A stretch of 32,000 nucleotides of DNA, from contig NZ_CP066019.1 of the NCBI RefSeq assembly GCF_016127575.1, positions 2,160,001-2,192,000 of the forward strand, written 5' to 3'. Positions 1 through 9,193 of the stretch are shown piece after piece. A program made the translations under genes and the position numbers. Positions within the stretch are counted from its first letter, which is position 1. Each line of letters opens with the position of its first letter. A model generated the notes under the pieces. It was not told the origin of the DNA and did not search any database. It worked only from the letters and a program-made list of their open reading frames with translations. Source of the stretch: Cupriavidus necator (GTDB lineage Bacteria; Pseudomonadota; Gammaproteobacteria; Burkholderiales; Burkholderiaceae).

Positions 1-171
1 GGCTACACGGTGGCCGATCTTGCCGTCGGCTACGTGGCATCGCACTGGCGCGCGGCGTTCAACGTCAAGAACGTGTTCGACAAGATGTACTACGCGGGCG
101 GCCTGAACAACAACGTGCTACCAGTGGGCAATCCGCGGGTGGCCATGCTCAACGTGACGATGAACTATTGA
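1..171 (+). CDS. TonB-dependent outer-membrane receptor, C-terminal end only (5' part outside window)
   Basis: Frame 1 is open from base 1 to TGA at 169-171. It reads ...AAFNVKNVFDKMYYAGGLNNNVLPVGNPRVAMLNVTMNY*, typical terminal beta-strands of a TonB-dependent receptor ending in an aromatic residue. Absent from the ORF track because no start lies in the window. Confidence 0.7.
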   Translation, partial: GYTVADLAVGYVASHWRAAFNVKNVFDKMYYAGGLNNNVLPVGNPRVAMLNVTMNY

Positions 172-1723
172 TGCGGCCCCCGCCTGGAGCCTCCTGACCA
201 GTAGTCAGGCGGCCATCAAGCTGATGTGGCTGGCCTTGCGCCCGCCCCATCGCCGCAATCACCGCCCCTAAAATCTGCATCCCCCGCTGAATCTGCTCCA
301 CCGTCAAACTCGCATAACCGAGCACCAGCCCGGCCGCTCGACGCTGTCCGTGCGGCCGGACCCCTGCAAACAACGGTGATACCGGGTAGACCCCCACATC
401 CTGGCTGCGCGCAGCGGCCACCAGCGCTGTCTCGTCGCGGGGCCGCAGCGACGGCAACCACAGCACCACATGCAGCCCCGCCGCCGTACCGCAGACTTCC
501 GCGTCCGCTGGCAGGAAACGTGCGACGCCATCCAGCAAGGCCGCTCGCCGGCGCTCGTTTTCCCGGCGCATGCGCCGCACATGGCGTTCGTAGGCACCGC
601 TTTCGATCAGCGCTGCCAGCACGCGCTGCTCCAGCACGGGCGCATGGCGGTCGGCCAGCCGCTTGGCCTGCCGGAACACCGGCACCAGCTCAGGCGGCAG
701 CACCAGGTAGCCGAGCCGCAGTTGTGGCGACAGCGCCTTGGAGAAAGTGCCGACGTAGATCACGCGGCCGTCGGTGTCGATCGAGCGCAGCGTGTCGATC
801 GGGCGCTGGCCGTAGCGGAACTCCCCGTCGTAGTCGTCCTCGATGATCCAGGCGTCGTGGCGCTGCGCCCATTGCAGCAGCTCCAGGCGCCGGCCGATCG
901 GCAGCACGCCCCCTAGTGGGAACTGGTGCGACGGTGTCACGTACACCAGGCGCACACGATCGTCCTGGGGAAGGCTGGCGGTATCCAGGCCATTCCCGTC
1001 CACCGGCGTGGCCTGGCACCTGGCGCCGGTGGCTTCGAAGCAGCGCCTCGCCATCAGGTAGCCGGGATCTTCGAAGGCAAAGGCGTCGCCGGCATCCAGC
1101 AGCAGCCGCGCGCACAGGTCGATGGCCTGCTGCGAGCCATGCACCACCAGAACCTGCTCGGCCTCGCAGGCCAGTCCCCGGGCACGCCGCAAATAGCCCT
1201 GGAGGGCGCGTCGCAGCGACGCCTCACCTTCTGGCGGGGCGTAAGACAGGCTGTTTTGCTGGCGCAGCAGTTCGGCCTGGTAGGCACGCCGCCAGGCCAG
1301 GGTTGGGAAGTCCCGCGAAGCCACCGCCCCATACAGGAAGTCGAAACGAACCGGTTCAGCCTGCAGCAGTGCCGGCATGCCGAGTCCCGCCACGCGGCGC
1401 CCGAATTCGGACAGGGTTGGGGCGGTCCTGGCGCGCCGGCCTGCGCTGATCCCGGCTGGTGCCGGTGCCGCCAGGGGGCTGGCGATTCGGGCCACGCGCC
1501 CCACCGCAGTGACGAGGAAGCCCTCGGCAGCAAGTTGTTCGTAGGCGGCGGTGACAGTGGTACGCGACACCCCCAACTCGGACGCCAGCGCCCGTGTGGA
1601 CGGCGCCCGGGCGCCCGGCGGCAGGGTGCCGTCCGCGATCTGGGCACGCAGAAGATCGTAGATGCGGCGCCCCGCGCCCGTGGCTCCGGCACGGGTACCG
1701 GCTGGCTGGCGTGACTGGCCCAT
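149..1723 (-). CDS. MocR/PdxR-type regulator (GntR-family HTH fused to a PLP-dependent aminotransferase-like domain)
   Basis: 524-aa ORF with ATG at 1723. N-terminal GntR HTH (RIYDLLRAQIADGTLPPGARAPSTRALASELGVSRTTVTAAYEQLAAEGFL). Class-I aminotransferase fold with a PLP-lysine motif (YVGTFSKALSPQLRLGYLV). Confidence 0.9.
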   Translation of the reverse strand: MGQSRQPAGTRAGATGAGRRIYDLLRAQIADGTLPPGARAPSTRALASELGVSRTTVTAAYEQLAAEGFLVTAVGRVARIASPLAAPAPAGISAGRRARTAPTLSEFGRRVAGLGMPALLQAEPVRFDFLYGAVASRDFPTLAWRRAYQAELLRQQNSLSYAPPEGEASLRRALQGYLRRARGLACEAEQVLVVHGSQQAIDLCARLLLDAGDAFAFEDPGYLMARRCFEATGARCQATPVDGNGLDTASLPQDDRVRLVYVTPSHQFPLGGVLPIGRRLELLQWAQRHDAWIIEDDYDGEFRYGQRPIDTLRSIDTDGRVIYVGTFSKALSPQLRLGYLVLPPELVPVFRQAKRLADRHAPVLEQRVLAALIESGAYERHVRRMRRENERRRAALLDGVARFLPADAEVCGTAAGLHVVLWLPSLRPRDETALVAAARSQDVGVYPVSPLFAGVRPHGQRRAAGLVLGYASLTVEQIQRGMQILGAVIAAMGRAQGQPHQLDGRLTTGQEAPGGGRINSSSSR

Positions 1724-1744
1724 AAAGAATCATGAAAACCGGAC

Positions 1745-1799
1745 CTTCCGATTGTGCCAGTTGTCGGCGACAGTATCGAGCATTCCATCGCTTCCGATT
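1745..1799. promoter_or_regulatory. Exact 9-bp direct repeat CTTCCGATT x2 in the 83-bp MocR/PaiB divergent spacer (candidate MocR operator)
   Basis: CTTCCGATT at 1745-1753 and 1791-1799, 46 bp start to start. Both lie between the divergent start codons at 1723 and 1807. MocR regulators are known to bind spaced direct repeats. Confidence 0.3.
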
Positions 1800-1806
1800 C
1801 CCCACC

Positions 1807-2430
1807 ATGTATATTCCTGCTCACTTTGCTGAAAACCGGCCAGAGGAACTGGGCCGCATCATCCGCGAGCACCCGCTGGGGATGCTGGTTACGCAAGGCA
1901 GCGCCGGACTGGATGCCGACCACATCCCGTTCGAGTTCGATCCCGGCGAGGGAACCCACGGCGTGCTCACAGCCCACGTGGCCCGCGCGAACCCGCTCTG
2001 GCAGCGTTGCCCCACCGGCTCGCCGGTCATGGTCGTGTTCCGGGGCGCCGAGGCCTATATCTCGCCCAACTGGTACCCGAGCAAGCATGAGGCGCACCGC
2101 CAGGTGCCGACCTGGAACTACGAGGTGGTGCACGCGCACGGCACGATCACCGTGCATGACGACGAGCGTTTTGTTCGCCGCCTGGTTGCGCGCCTGACAC
2201 GGCGGCACGAGGCAGCCGAACCCAGGCCCTGGAAGATGGGGGACTCCGCGCCGGAGTACATCGACAGCATGCTGCGCAACATCGTGGGCATCGAGATCGC
2301 CGTCACTTCGCTGGTGGGCAAGGTCAAGGTCAGCCAGAACAGGGAGTTGCGGGATCGCCTCGGTGCCGCCGACACCCTGGAGGCGCGGGGGTATGGCGAA
2401 CTTGCGCAGTCCATGCGCAAGGCTGGTTGA
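1807..2430 (+). CDS. PaiB-family FMN-binding protein (annotated family name: negative transcriptional regulator)
   Basis: The ORF runs 1732-2430, but the family-typical N-terminus MYIPAHFAE starts at ATG 1807. Further PaiB-like motifs: AYISPNWYPSKHE and VPTWNY. Confidence 0.85.
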   Translation: MYIPAHFAENRPEELGRIIREHPLGMLVTQGSAGLDADHIPFEFDPGEGTHGVLTAHVARANPLWQRCPTGSPVMVVFRGAEAYISPNWYPSKHEAHRQVPTWNYEVVHAHGTITVHDDERFVRRLVARLTRRHEAAEPRPWKMGDSAPEYIDSMLRNIVGIEIAVTSLVGKVKVSQNRELRDRLGAADTLEARGYGELAQSMRKAG

Positions 2431-2483
2431 ATTGCCCCCGGGCCCGCGCTCAGCTTTTCCTCACCATTGACGAATACCCCGCC

Positions 2484-3101
2484 ATGTCATTCATCCCCTT
2501 CCTGATCGCAGCCATCGTTCTCGCCATCACCCCCGGCCCGGCCATCGCCTATGTCGTTGCACGAACGGTGGCTGGCGGCCGATCCGCAGGCCTGGCTTCA
2601 TGCTTCGGCACCGCCCTCGGAGGCTTGCTCCATGTGCTCGCGGCAGCCTTGGGCCTGTCGCTGGTCATTGCCCAGTCGGCCGTGGCATTCAACCTGCTCA
2701 AGTATCTGGGTGCTGCTTATCTGGTGTACCTGGGGATTCGCATGCTGATGCGCAAGCAGGCGCCGGTCACGCTCGAAACCATGCCATCCAGAGGTGCGCG
2801 CCGCGCTCTGGTCGAGGGCATCATGGTCGAGGTCCTGAACGTCAAGACGGCGCTGTTCTTTCTGGCGTTCCTGCCGCAGTTTGTCTCGGCGAGCGAAGCT
2901 CTGGTGCCGCAGTTGGTGCTGTTGGGCTGCATTTGCGTCGCGCTCAATACGCTGGTCGACGTTGTTGTCGTGTTTGCCGCGCATCGTCTGCTCAAGTCCG
3001 GCGCCGCCCGCGAAGCTCGCGCCCGCTTGATGACCCGGATGTCGGGCGTGACGATGCTGGGCCTGGGCGCCATTCTGGCGCTCGCCCGGCGCGAAGCATA
3101 G
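2484..3101 (+). CDS. LysE/RhtB-family amino-acid efflux translocator
   Basis: Internal ATG at 2484 gives MSFIPFLIAAIVLAITPGPAIAYVVARTV..., the canonical LysE/RhtB N-terminus. About six hydrophobic segments. The upstream 19 codons of the ORF look non-coding. Confidence 0.85.
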   Translation: MSFIPFLIAAIVLAITPGPAIAYVVARTVAGGRSAGLASCFGTALGGLLHVLAAALGLSLVIAQSAVAFNLLKYLGAAYLVYLGIRMLMRKQAPVTLETMPSRGARRALVEGIMVEVLNVKTALFFLAFLPQFVSASEALVPQLVLLGCICVALNTLVDVVVVFAAHRLLKSGAAREARARLMTRMSGVTMLGLGAILALARREA

Positions 3102-3104
3102 ACA

Positions 3105-3142
3105 GGGGGGCGGTTCGGCGCAGGGCTCGAACCGCCCGCCCC
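3105..3142. terminator. GC-rich hairpin between convergent LysE and IOR genes (possible bidirectional terminator, no U-tract)
   Basis: GGGCGGTTCG (3108-3117) pairs perfectly with CGAACCGCCC (3128-3137) across a 10-nt loop. Flanking G/C runs extend the stem. The right arm abuts the IOR stop at 3143. Confidence 0.4.
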
Positions 3143-6100
3143 TCAAGCAGCAGCCCGCCGGGCCGCGCCGCGATACTGCGCCAGCAACGCGTCCCGCCGT
3201 ACTGCCGCCGCATCCATGCTGGCCTCCTTCACGTGGCCGTAGCCGCGGATATCCTCCGGCAACGCGGCAAGCGCCAGCGCGGTGTCGACGTTGTCCGCGC
3301 TCAGGGACGCCGCGAACTCGTCGACCAAGGCCAGATAGTCGTTGACCAGCGCCCGCTCGGCGCGGCGCTCGGCAGTCTTGCCAAACACATCGAACGCCGT
3401 GCCACGCAACCCCTTCAGGCGCGCCAGCAAGCGGAATGCCGTCATCGTGCGCGGACCGAAGCGGCGCTTGACCGGGTGGCCCTTGTCGGTCTTGGCCAGC
3501 AGCGGCGGCGCCAGCCAGAAATTGAGCTGGTAGTCGCGGCCGGGCTCCCCTTCAAACTGGGCGCGCAGCTTGTCCAGGAAGGCGGGATCGGCGTAGAGGC
3601 GCGCCACCTCGTATTCGTCTTTGTAGGCCATCAGCTTGGCCAGGTTGCGGGCCACGGCCTCGGTCAGCGGCAGCTTGCGGTCGATGCCCAGTTGCTGCTC
3701 CGCGGCGCGGATGCGCTCGACAGCCTCGCGGTAGCGGGCGGCATATGCAGAGTTCTGGTATTCGGCCAGCATCGTCTCGCGCTTGCGGATCAGGGTGTCG
3801 AGCGCCTGCGGGATTGCCACGACCTGTGCGGCCGGGGCCGCCGGAGCACCCGGCAAGTGCGCCTTGACCGCCGCCTCGCCATGGTGCGCGAGATACCGCC
3901 CCCATTCGAATGCCAGCCGGTTCTTGTCGATCGACACCCCATTGAGTTCGATCGCGCGCAGCAGGCTTTCACGCTGCAGCGGGATCCAGCCCTTCTGCCA
4001 GGCAAAGCCGAGCAACAGCGGGTTGGAGTAGATGGCGTCGGCCAGCAGGGTCACCGCCCATGCGCTGGCGTCGAAGAATGCGCAGGCATCGCCCACGCTG
4101 GCGCGCAGGTCCTGCTCGGCGCTGGCACCGGGGAACTTCCACTTCGGGTTCTTGATGAATTCCGCGGTGGGCGTGTTGGCGCTGTTGACCACGGCGGCGG
4201 TCAGGCCATGCCGGACCTTCGACAACACCTCGGGCGACGCCGAGACGATGGCGTCGCCCCCGATCACCAGGCGCGCCTCACCCGTCGCGATACGCGTCGC
4301 ATGCAGGTCGTCCGGGCCCGGTGCGATCTGCACGTGGCTGATCACAGCCCCGCCCTTCTGTGCCAGGCCAGCCATGTCGAGCACGGTCACGCCCTTGCGT
4401 TCAAGGTGCGATGCCATGCCCAGCAGGCCGCCGATGGTGACCACGCCAGTGCCGCCCACGCCGGTGACCAGCACGCCGTATGGCCGCTCCAGGGCCGGCA
4501 GCCGCGGCAGCGGCAGCGCCTCGAAGTCGGCGCCGGTGCCTTTGCCACCCGCTGCCGCGGGCTTGCGCACCTGCGCCCCCTCGGCAGTGACAAAGCTCGG
4601 GCAGAAGCCGTTGACGCAGGAGAAATCCTTGTTGCACGACGACTGGTTGATCTTGCGCTTGGTCCCGAGTTCGGTCTCCAGCGGCTCCACCGACAGGCAG
4701 TTGGACTTGGCCGAGCAATCGCCGCAGCCCTCGCAGACCGCGTCGTTGATAAAGGCGCGCTTGGCCGGGTCAGGATAGGTGCCGCGCTTGCGGCGGCGGC
4801 GCTTCTCGGTCGCGCAGGTCTGGTCGTAGATCAGGATGGTGACGCCCGCGGTATCGCGCAGCTCGACCTGGACGGCGTCGAGCTGGTCGCGATGGAACAC
4901 AGTCACGCCCGACGGCAGCATGGCGCCGTCGCCATACTTCTGCGGCTCGTCGGTGACGACGACCAGCTTCTTCGCGCCCTCGGCCAGCACCTGGTGCGCA
5001 ATCTGCGGCACCGTCAGCACGCCGTCGATGGGCTGCCCGCCGGTCATTGCCACGGCGTCATTGAACAGGATCTTGTAGGTGATATTGGCCTTGGCCGCGA
5101 TCGATGCGCGGATGGCCAGCAGCCCCGAGTGGAAATACGTGCCGTCGCCCAGGTTGGCAAACACGTGCTTGTCGCCGGTGAAATGCATCTGGCCGGTCCA
5201 GGCCACGCCTTCGCCGCCCATCTGGCTGAAGGTGTCGGTATTGCGGTCCATCCACAGGGTCATGTAGTGGCACCCGATGCCGGCCAGCGCACGCGAGCCC
5301 TCCGGCACGCGCGTGGACGTATTGTGCGGGCACCCCGAGCAGAACCAGGGCTTGCGCTCCACCGCGATGCGCGGCTGCGCGGCCTCGCGCTCCTTGGCCT
5401 CGATCAGCGCCACGCGCGCGGCAATGCGTGCGCGCACCGCTTCCGGCAGGTCAAAGCGTTCCAGCCGGCGGGCGATGGCCTTGGCGATCAGCGCCGGCGA
5501 CAATTCATAGTGCGCGGGCAGCAGCCAGTTGCCACGCGGCACCGACCACTCGCCGCCATCGTTGCCACGCTGGTCGAACTTGCCGAAGACCTTGGGCCGC
5601 ACATCCTCGCGCCAGTTGTACAGCTCTTCCTTGAGTGCGTATTCGAGGATCTGCCGCTTCTCTTCCACCACCAGGATCTCTTCCAGGCCGGTGGCGAACT
5701 CACGGGCGCCGTGCGCCTCCAGCGGCCACACGCAACCCACCTTGTAGACGCGGATGCCGATGCGGGCGCACGTGTCATCGTCCAGGCCCAGGTCTGCGAG
5801 CGCCTGGCGCACGTCCAGGTACGCCTTGCCGGCAGTCATGATGCCGAAGCGCGCGTTCGGCGAATCGAGCACGACGCGATTGAGGCGGTTGGCCCGCACA
5901 TAGGCCAGCGCCGCATACCACTTGTGGTCAAGCAGCCGCGCCTCCTGCTCCAGCGGGGAATCGGGCCAGCGGATATTGAGTCCGCCCTGCGGCATGACAA
6001 AGTCCTGCGGCAGCGCGATCTGCACGCGCTCGGGATCGATCTCGACCGAGGCGGTCGACTCCACCACGTCGGTGACGCACTTCATTGCCACCCACAGGCC

Positions 6101-6709
6101 GGAATACCGGCTCATGGCCCAGCCATGCAGGCCGTAGTCGAGGTACTCCTGCACATTGGCGGGGTACAGCACCGGGATGCCGGCGGCCTGCAGCACGTGC
6201 TCCGACTGGTGCGCCACGGTGGAGGACTTGGCGGCATGGTCGTCGCCGGCCAGCAGCAGCACGCCGCCATGGCGCGACGAGCCGGCCGAATTGGCATGCT
6301 TGAGCACGTCGATGGACCGGTCCACGCCCGGCCCCTTGCCATACCACATCGAGAACACGCCGTCGCGCGTGGCGCCGGGGAACAGGTTGACCTGCTGGCT
6401 GCCCCAGACGGCGGTCGCGGCAAGGTCTTCGTTGACGCCGGGCTGGAACACCACGTCGCTGGCCGCCAGGTGCTGCTTGGCCTTCCACAGGGCCTGGTCG
6501 ACGCCGCCCAGCGGCGAGCCGCGATAGCCCGAGATAAAGCCGGCGGTGTTGAGGCCGGCGGCGCGGTCGCGCGCCTTCTGTAGCATTGGCAGGCGGACCA
6601 GGGCCTGCACGCCGCTCATGTAGACGCGGCCCTGCTCCAGGGTGTACTTGTCGTCCAGGCTGGCGCTGGCCAGGGCTTCGAGCAAGGCGGGGTTCAGCGG
6701 GGCATTCAC
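3143..6709 (-). CDS. Indolepyruvate/2-oxoacid:ferredoxin oxidoreductase family protein, fused alpha-beta form (1188 aa)
   Basis: GTG start at 6709, with GGAG 9 nt upstream. TPP-binding motif NLGDGTYFHSG and 4Fe-4S cluster motif CEGCGDCSAKSNC. Length and order match the fused IorA/IorB type. Confidence 0.9.
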   Translation of the reverse strand: MNAPLNPALLEALASASLDDKYTLEQGRVYMSGVQALVRLPMLQKARDRAAGLNTAGFISGYRGSPLGGVDQALWKAKQHLAASDVVFQPGVNEDLAATAVWGSQQVNLFPGATRDGVFSMWYGKGPGVDRSIDVLKHANSAGSSRHGGVLLLAGDDHAAKSSTVAHQSEHVLQAAGIPVLYPANVQEYLDYGLHGWAMSRYSGLWVAMKCVTDVVESTASVEIDPERVQIALPQDFVMPQGGLNIRWPDSPLEQEARLLDHKWYAALAYVRANRLNRVVLDSPNARFGIMTAGKAYLDVRQALADLGLDDDTCARIGIRVYKVGCVWPLEAHGAREFATGLEEILVVEEKRQILEYALKEELYNWREDVRPKVFGKFDQRGNDGGEWSVPRGNWLLPAHYELSPALIAKAIARRLERFDLPEAVRARIAARVALIEAKEREAAQPRIAVERKPWFCSGCPHNTSTRVPEGSRALAGIGCHYMTLWMDRNTDTFSQMGGEGVAWTGQMHFTGDKHVFANLGDGTYFHSGLLAIRASIAAKANITYKILFNDAVAMTGGQPIDGVLTVPQIAHQVLAEGAKKLVVVTDEPQKYGDGAMLPSGVTVFHRDQLDAVQVELRDTAGVTILIYDQTCATEKRRRRKRGTYPDPAKRAFINDAVCEGCGDCSAKSNCLSVEPLETELGTKRKINQSSCNKDFSCVNGFCPSFVTAEGAQVRKPAAAGGKGTGADFEALPLPRLPALERPYGVLVTGVGGTGVVTIGGLLGMASHLERKGVTVLDMAGLAQKGGAVISHVQIAPGPDDLHATRIATGEARLVIGGDAIVSASPEVLSKVRHGLTAAVVNSANTPTAEFIKNPKWKFPGASAEQDLRASVGDACAFFDASAWAVTLLADAIYSNPLLLGFAWQKGWIPLQRESLLRAIELNGVSIDKNRLAFEWGRYLAHHGEAAVKAHLPGAPAAPAAQVVAIPQALDTLIRKRETMLAEYQNSAYAARYREAVERIRAAEQQLGIDRKLPLTEAVARNLAKLMAYKDEYEVARLYADPAFLDKLRAQFEGEPGRDYQLNFWLAPPLLAKTDKGHPVKRRFGPRTMTAFRLLARLKGLRGTAFDVFGKTAERRAERALVNDYLALVDEFAASLSADNVDTALALAALPEDIRGYGHVKEASMDAAAVRRDALLAQYRGAARRAAA

Positions 6710-6797
6710 GATCTCAGTCTCCGTGCTTGTTCTCTTGTATCCGGAGCAGTTTAGAAATCCGTGCCGTCATCGTAAAATCATGAATTCAAACACCTGA

Positions 6798-6814
6798 TAT
6801 CTGAAAAACGGATA
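6798..6814. promoter_or_regulatory. LysR-type box TATC-N9-GATA (contains ATC-N9-GAT) in the IOR/LysR divergent spacer
   Basis: TATCTGAAAAACGGATA at 6798-6814. It lies 15 nt upstream of the LysR ATG (6829) and about 90-105 nt upstream of the IOR GTG (6709). It fits the T-N11-A architecture of LTTR recognition sites. Confidence 0.35.
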
Positions 6815-6828
6815 ACCCGGAGATTCCC

Positions 6829-7764
6829 ATGTTCAAGGCGCGCGAAGGCTCGGAAAGACTGGCCAAGGAAGTCACGCTGAGGCAGTTCCGCTACTTCGTC
6901 GCGGCCGCGGAGACCGGGCAATTCTCGATGGCCGCGACCGCCGAGCATGTCTCGCAGTCGGCCATCACCAATGCCGTGCTGGCGCTTGAGCAGCGCCTGG
7001 CGGTACGCCTGTTCGAGCGCCGGCCCCATGGGGTGACGTTGACGGCAGAAGGCCACCTCTTCTTCCAGCACGCCCGCCAGATCCTGGATTCGGTCGAGGA
7101 TGCGCTGCGCGAGCCGCGCTTCCAGGTGCACGGGTTGCAGGGCAGCGTGCGCCTTGCCGCCTCCTATACGGTGCTGGGCTACTTCCTGCCGGGGCTGCTG
7201 GCGCGCTTTCGCACCAACTATCCGGACATCGAACTGGATCTGCTCGACATGGACCGGCCCGATATCGAGCGGGCCGTGCTGGCGGGGGAGATCGAGCTGG
7301 GCATCGCGCTGCTGTCGAACCTGGAGCGGCCCCAGCGCTTCCAGCGCCATACGCTGATGCGATCCCGGCGCCAGTTGTGGACTTCGTCCAGCCATCCGCT
7401 GCTGGCCGTCGAGCGCCCTTCGCTGCGCGATATTGCGGCCTATCCGTATATCCTCATCACCGTGGACGAGGCCGAGGAATCCACGCTGCGTTACTGGCGC
7501 AGCCACCGGCTCGCACCCAAGGTCGCATTCCGGACCGGCTCGATGGAGGCCCTGCGCGGGCTGGTGGCGCATGGCTTCGGCGTCACCGTGCTGTCCGACA
7601 TGGTGTATCGCCCGTGGTCACTGGAGGGAAAGCAGATCGAGGCCCGCCCGATTGCCAATGCGGTGCCGGACATGGAGGTTGGCATGCTGTGGCAGCCCGG
7701 GCGCAAGCTGGGCAAGCCGGCGGATGCGCTGAGGGAGTTCCTGATTCACGCGTGCGGGAGCTGA
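6829..7764 (+). CDS. LysR-family transcriptional regulator
   Basis: 311 aa; GGAGA lies 5 nt before the ATG. N-terminal HTH (LRQFRYFVAAAETGQFSMAATAEHVSQSAITNAVLALEQRL) followed by a LysR substrate-binding domain. Confidence 0.9.
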   Translation: MFKAREGSERLAKEVTLRQFRYFVAAAETGQFSMAATAEHVSQSAITNAVLALEQRLAVRLFERRPHGVTLTAEGHLFFQHARQILDSVEDALREPRFQVHGLQGSVRLAASYTVLGYFLPGLLARFRTNYPDIELDLLDMDRPDIERAVLAGEIELGIALLSNLERPQRFQRHTLMRSRRQLWTSSSHPLLAVERPSLRDIAAYPYILITVDEAEESTLRYWRSHRLAPKVAFRTGSMEALRGLVAHGFGVTVLSDMVYRPWSLEGKQIEARPIANAVPDMEVGMLWQPGRKLGKPADALREFLIHACGS

Positions 7765-7801
7765 GGCGGGACATTCGATTGCCCGCGCCCTTACAACAAC
7801 G

Positions 7802-8821
7802 CTATCTGAAGGACCGGTAGCCTGTCGTCGAGTAGTCCGTGTAGAAGTCCGCCAGGCAATGCAGATTGAGCGCCCGGATCTCTTCAGTCATGAAGTCAAC
7901 AAAAACGCGGATGCGCGAGGGCAGGTGCTGGCGGCTGAGGTAACAGATGTAATGCCCGCGGTCGTCAGGCGCATACCGTCCCATGGCGATGACCAGTTCG
8001 CCGCGGGCGATGCGGTCGCAGGCCTGGTAGCCCGCCATCTGCGCGATGCCCAGCCCGTCGAGCACCGCCGCCAGCACCAGCTCAGGGTCATTGAACGTCA
8101 GCCTTGCGGCAGGCACAACCTTGCGCACATGCCCCTCGACCTTGAATTCCCATTCAAGGATGCGCGCGCCGGCGATGCGGGTGTTGATGCATTCGTGCCG
8201 GGCGATATCCTCCAGCGTCGACGGTAGTCCATGCCGCGCCGCGTAGGCAGGAGACGCGCACACAGCCATCTGCATCGGGATCAGCTGCTTCGCAACGATG
8301 CTTGAATCCTCGATGCGGCCATTGCGGAACGCGACGTCGATGTTCCCGGCCGCGAAGTCCGTTGGCCGGTCATCGAGCACCAGGTCCAGGGAAATGTCCG
8401 GATAAGCCGCCGAGAACTTCGACAGCAGCGGCGCCACCACCTTGCGGCCGAAGCCGGCCGTCGCGCTAATGCGAAGCAGGCCGCTTGGCGGTCCAAGGCG
8501 CAGTTCCAGCATGTCGTTCATGGCCTCGACGATATGCGCCACGCCCTGGTGGCAGTTCTCGAAGAAGCGCTCGCCCTCGCGGGTCAGTTGGGTGGTGCGC
8601 GTGGTGCGCAGGAACAGCCGGGTGCTCAGCTGCGTTTCCAGCTTCAGGACGTTGCGGCTGACCGCTGAGCGGCCGATGCCCAGCCGCTCGCCCGCCTTGG
8701 AGAAGCTGCCCTCGGTGGCGACCGCCATGAAGGCGATGATGCCGGCGTAGCTTGCCGCGAAACTGGCGGACAGCCCGTCCGCGCGATCCGGCGGGCCGGG
8801 GCGAAAGCCCCGCTGCGGCAT
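7802..8821 (-). CDS. LysR-family transcriptional regulator
   Basis: C-terminal 339 aa of the 702-aa ORF. ATG 8821 gives MPQRGF...YAGIIAFMAVATEGSFSKAGERLGIGRSAVSRNVLKLE (LysR HTH). An alternative ATG lies at 8896. The remaining upstream ORF is antisense to the GlxA gene and non-coding. Confidence 0.85.
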   Translation of the reverse strand: MPQRGFRPGPPDRADGLSASFAASYAGIIAFMAVATEGSFSKAGERLGIGRSAVSRNVLKLETQLSTRLFLRTTRTTQLTREGERFFENCHQGVAHIVEAMNDMLELRLGPPSGLLRISATAGFGRKVVAPLLSKFSAAYPDISLDLVLDDRPTDFAAGNIDVAFRNGRIEDSSIVAKQLIPMQMAVCASPAYAARHGLPSTLEDIARHECINTRIAGARILEWEFKVEGHVRKVVPAARLTFNDPELVLAAVLDGLGIAQMAGYQACDRIARGELVIAMGRYAPDDRGHYICYLSRQHLPSRIRVFVDFMTEEIRALNLHCLADFYTDYSTTGYRSFR

Positions 8822-9193
8822 ACCGGTTACGTCTCTATCCGCCCCCCCGCGGTTGACAGGGGACGTCAGGCGAACGTCTGGAACGACGATGTCCATGTCA
8901 TTGCCTTTCGGAGCGGCGCAACGAATGAGGATCCACGCTGTGCGGTGCACAACCATGGCATGATCGTAATGACCCGCCATGCCCGGGTAAATGACAGATG
9001 CCCCTGGATTTCTGCCATCCGGCCCGGCGCGAGCGGCGACAATGCAGATATGAAGCAGCGGAAGGCGCCGGTCCACAGGGCCTTCCGCTGCGATCCGTGG
9101 CGAAGGCGTCGCACTGCGCGTGCTTGCCGGCCACATGCCTTGCGCGGGATCGCGCCGGCGGCATAACATCCATCGACTTTCAAGATCCCTGCC

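Noticed and set aside
149-171. 23-bp convergent overlap between the TonB-dependent receptor stop and the MocR stop
   Set aside because: Short tail-to-tail overlaps are common in compact high-GC genomes. The MocR C-terminal tail is low-complexity and may simply run on to the first available stop. Nothing indicates a functional element.
1732-1806. Longer starts offered by the ORF track for PaiB (1732), LysE (2427), ohr (11080), first Bug (22589), CoA-transferase (26742), quinone oxidoreductase (27968), third Bug (28900) and hydrolase (20812)
   Set aside because: The extensions add residues unlike the conserved family N-termini. They also overlap upstream genes or place the start against the neighbouring divergent start. 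Internal starts match family-typical N-termini or RBS spacing.
2600-6583. 1327-aa ORF on the plus strand, the longest in the track
   Set aside because: It is entirely antisense to the well-supported IOR gene. Its Arg/Ala/Gly/Leu-rich composition has no recognisable motif. It is a typical stop-poor shadow frame of high-GC coding DNA.
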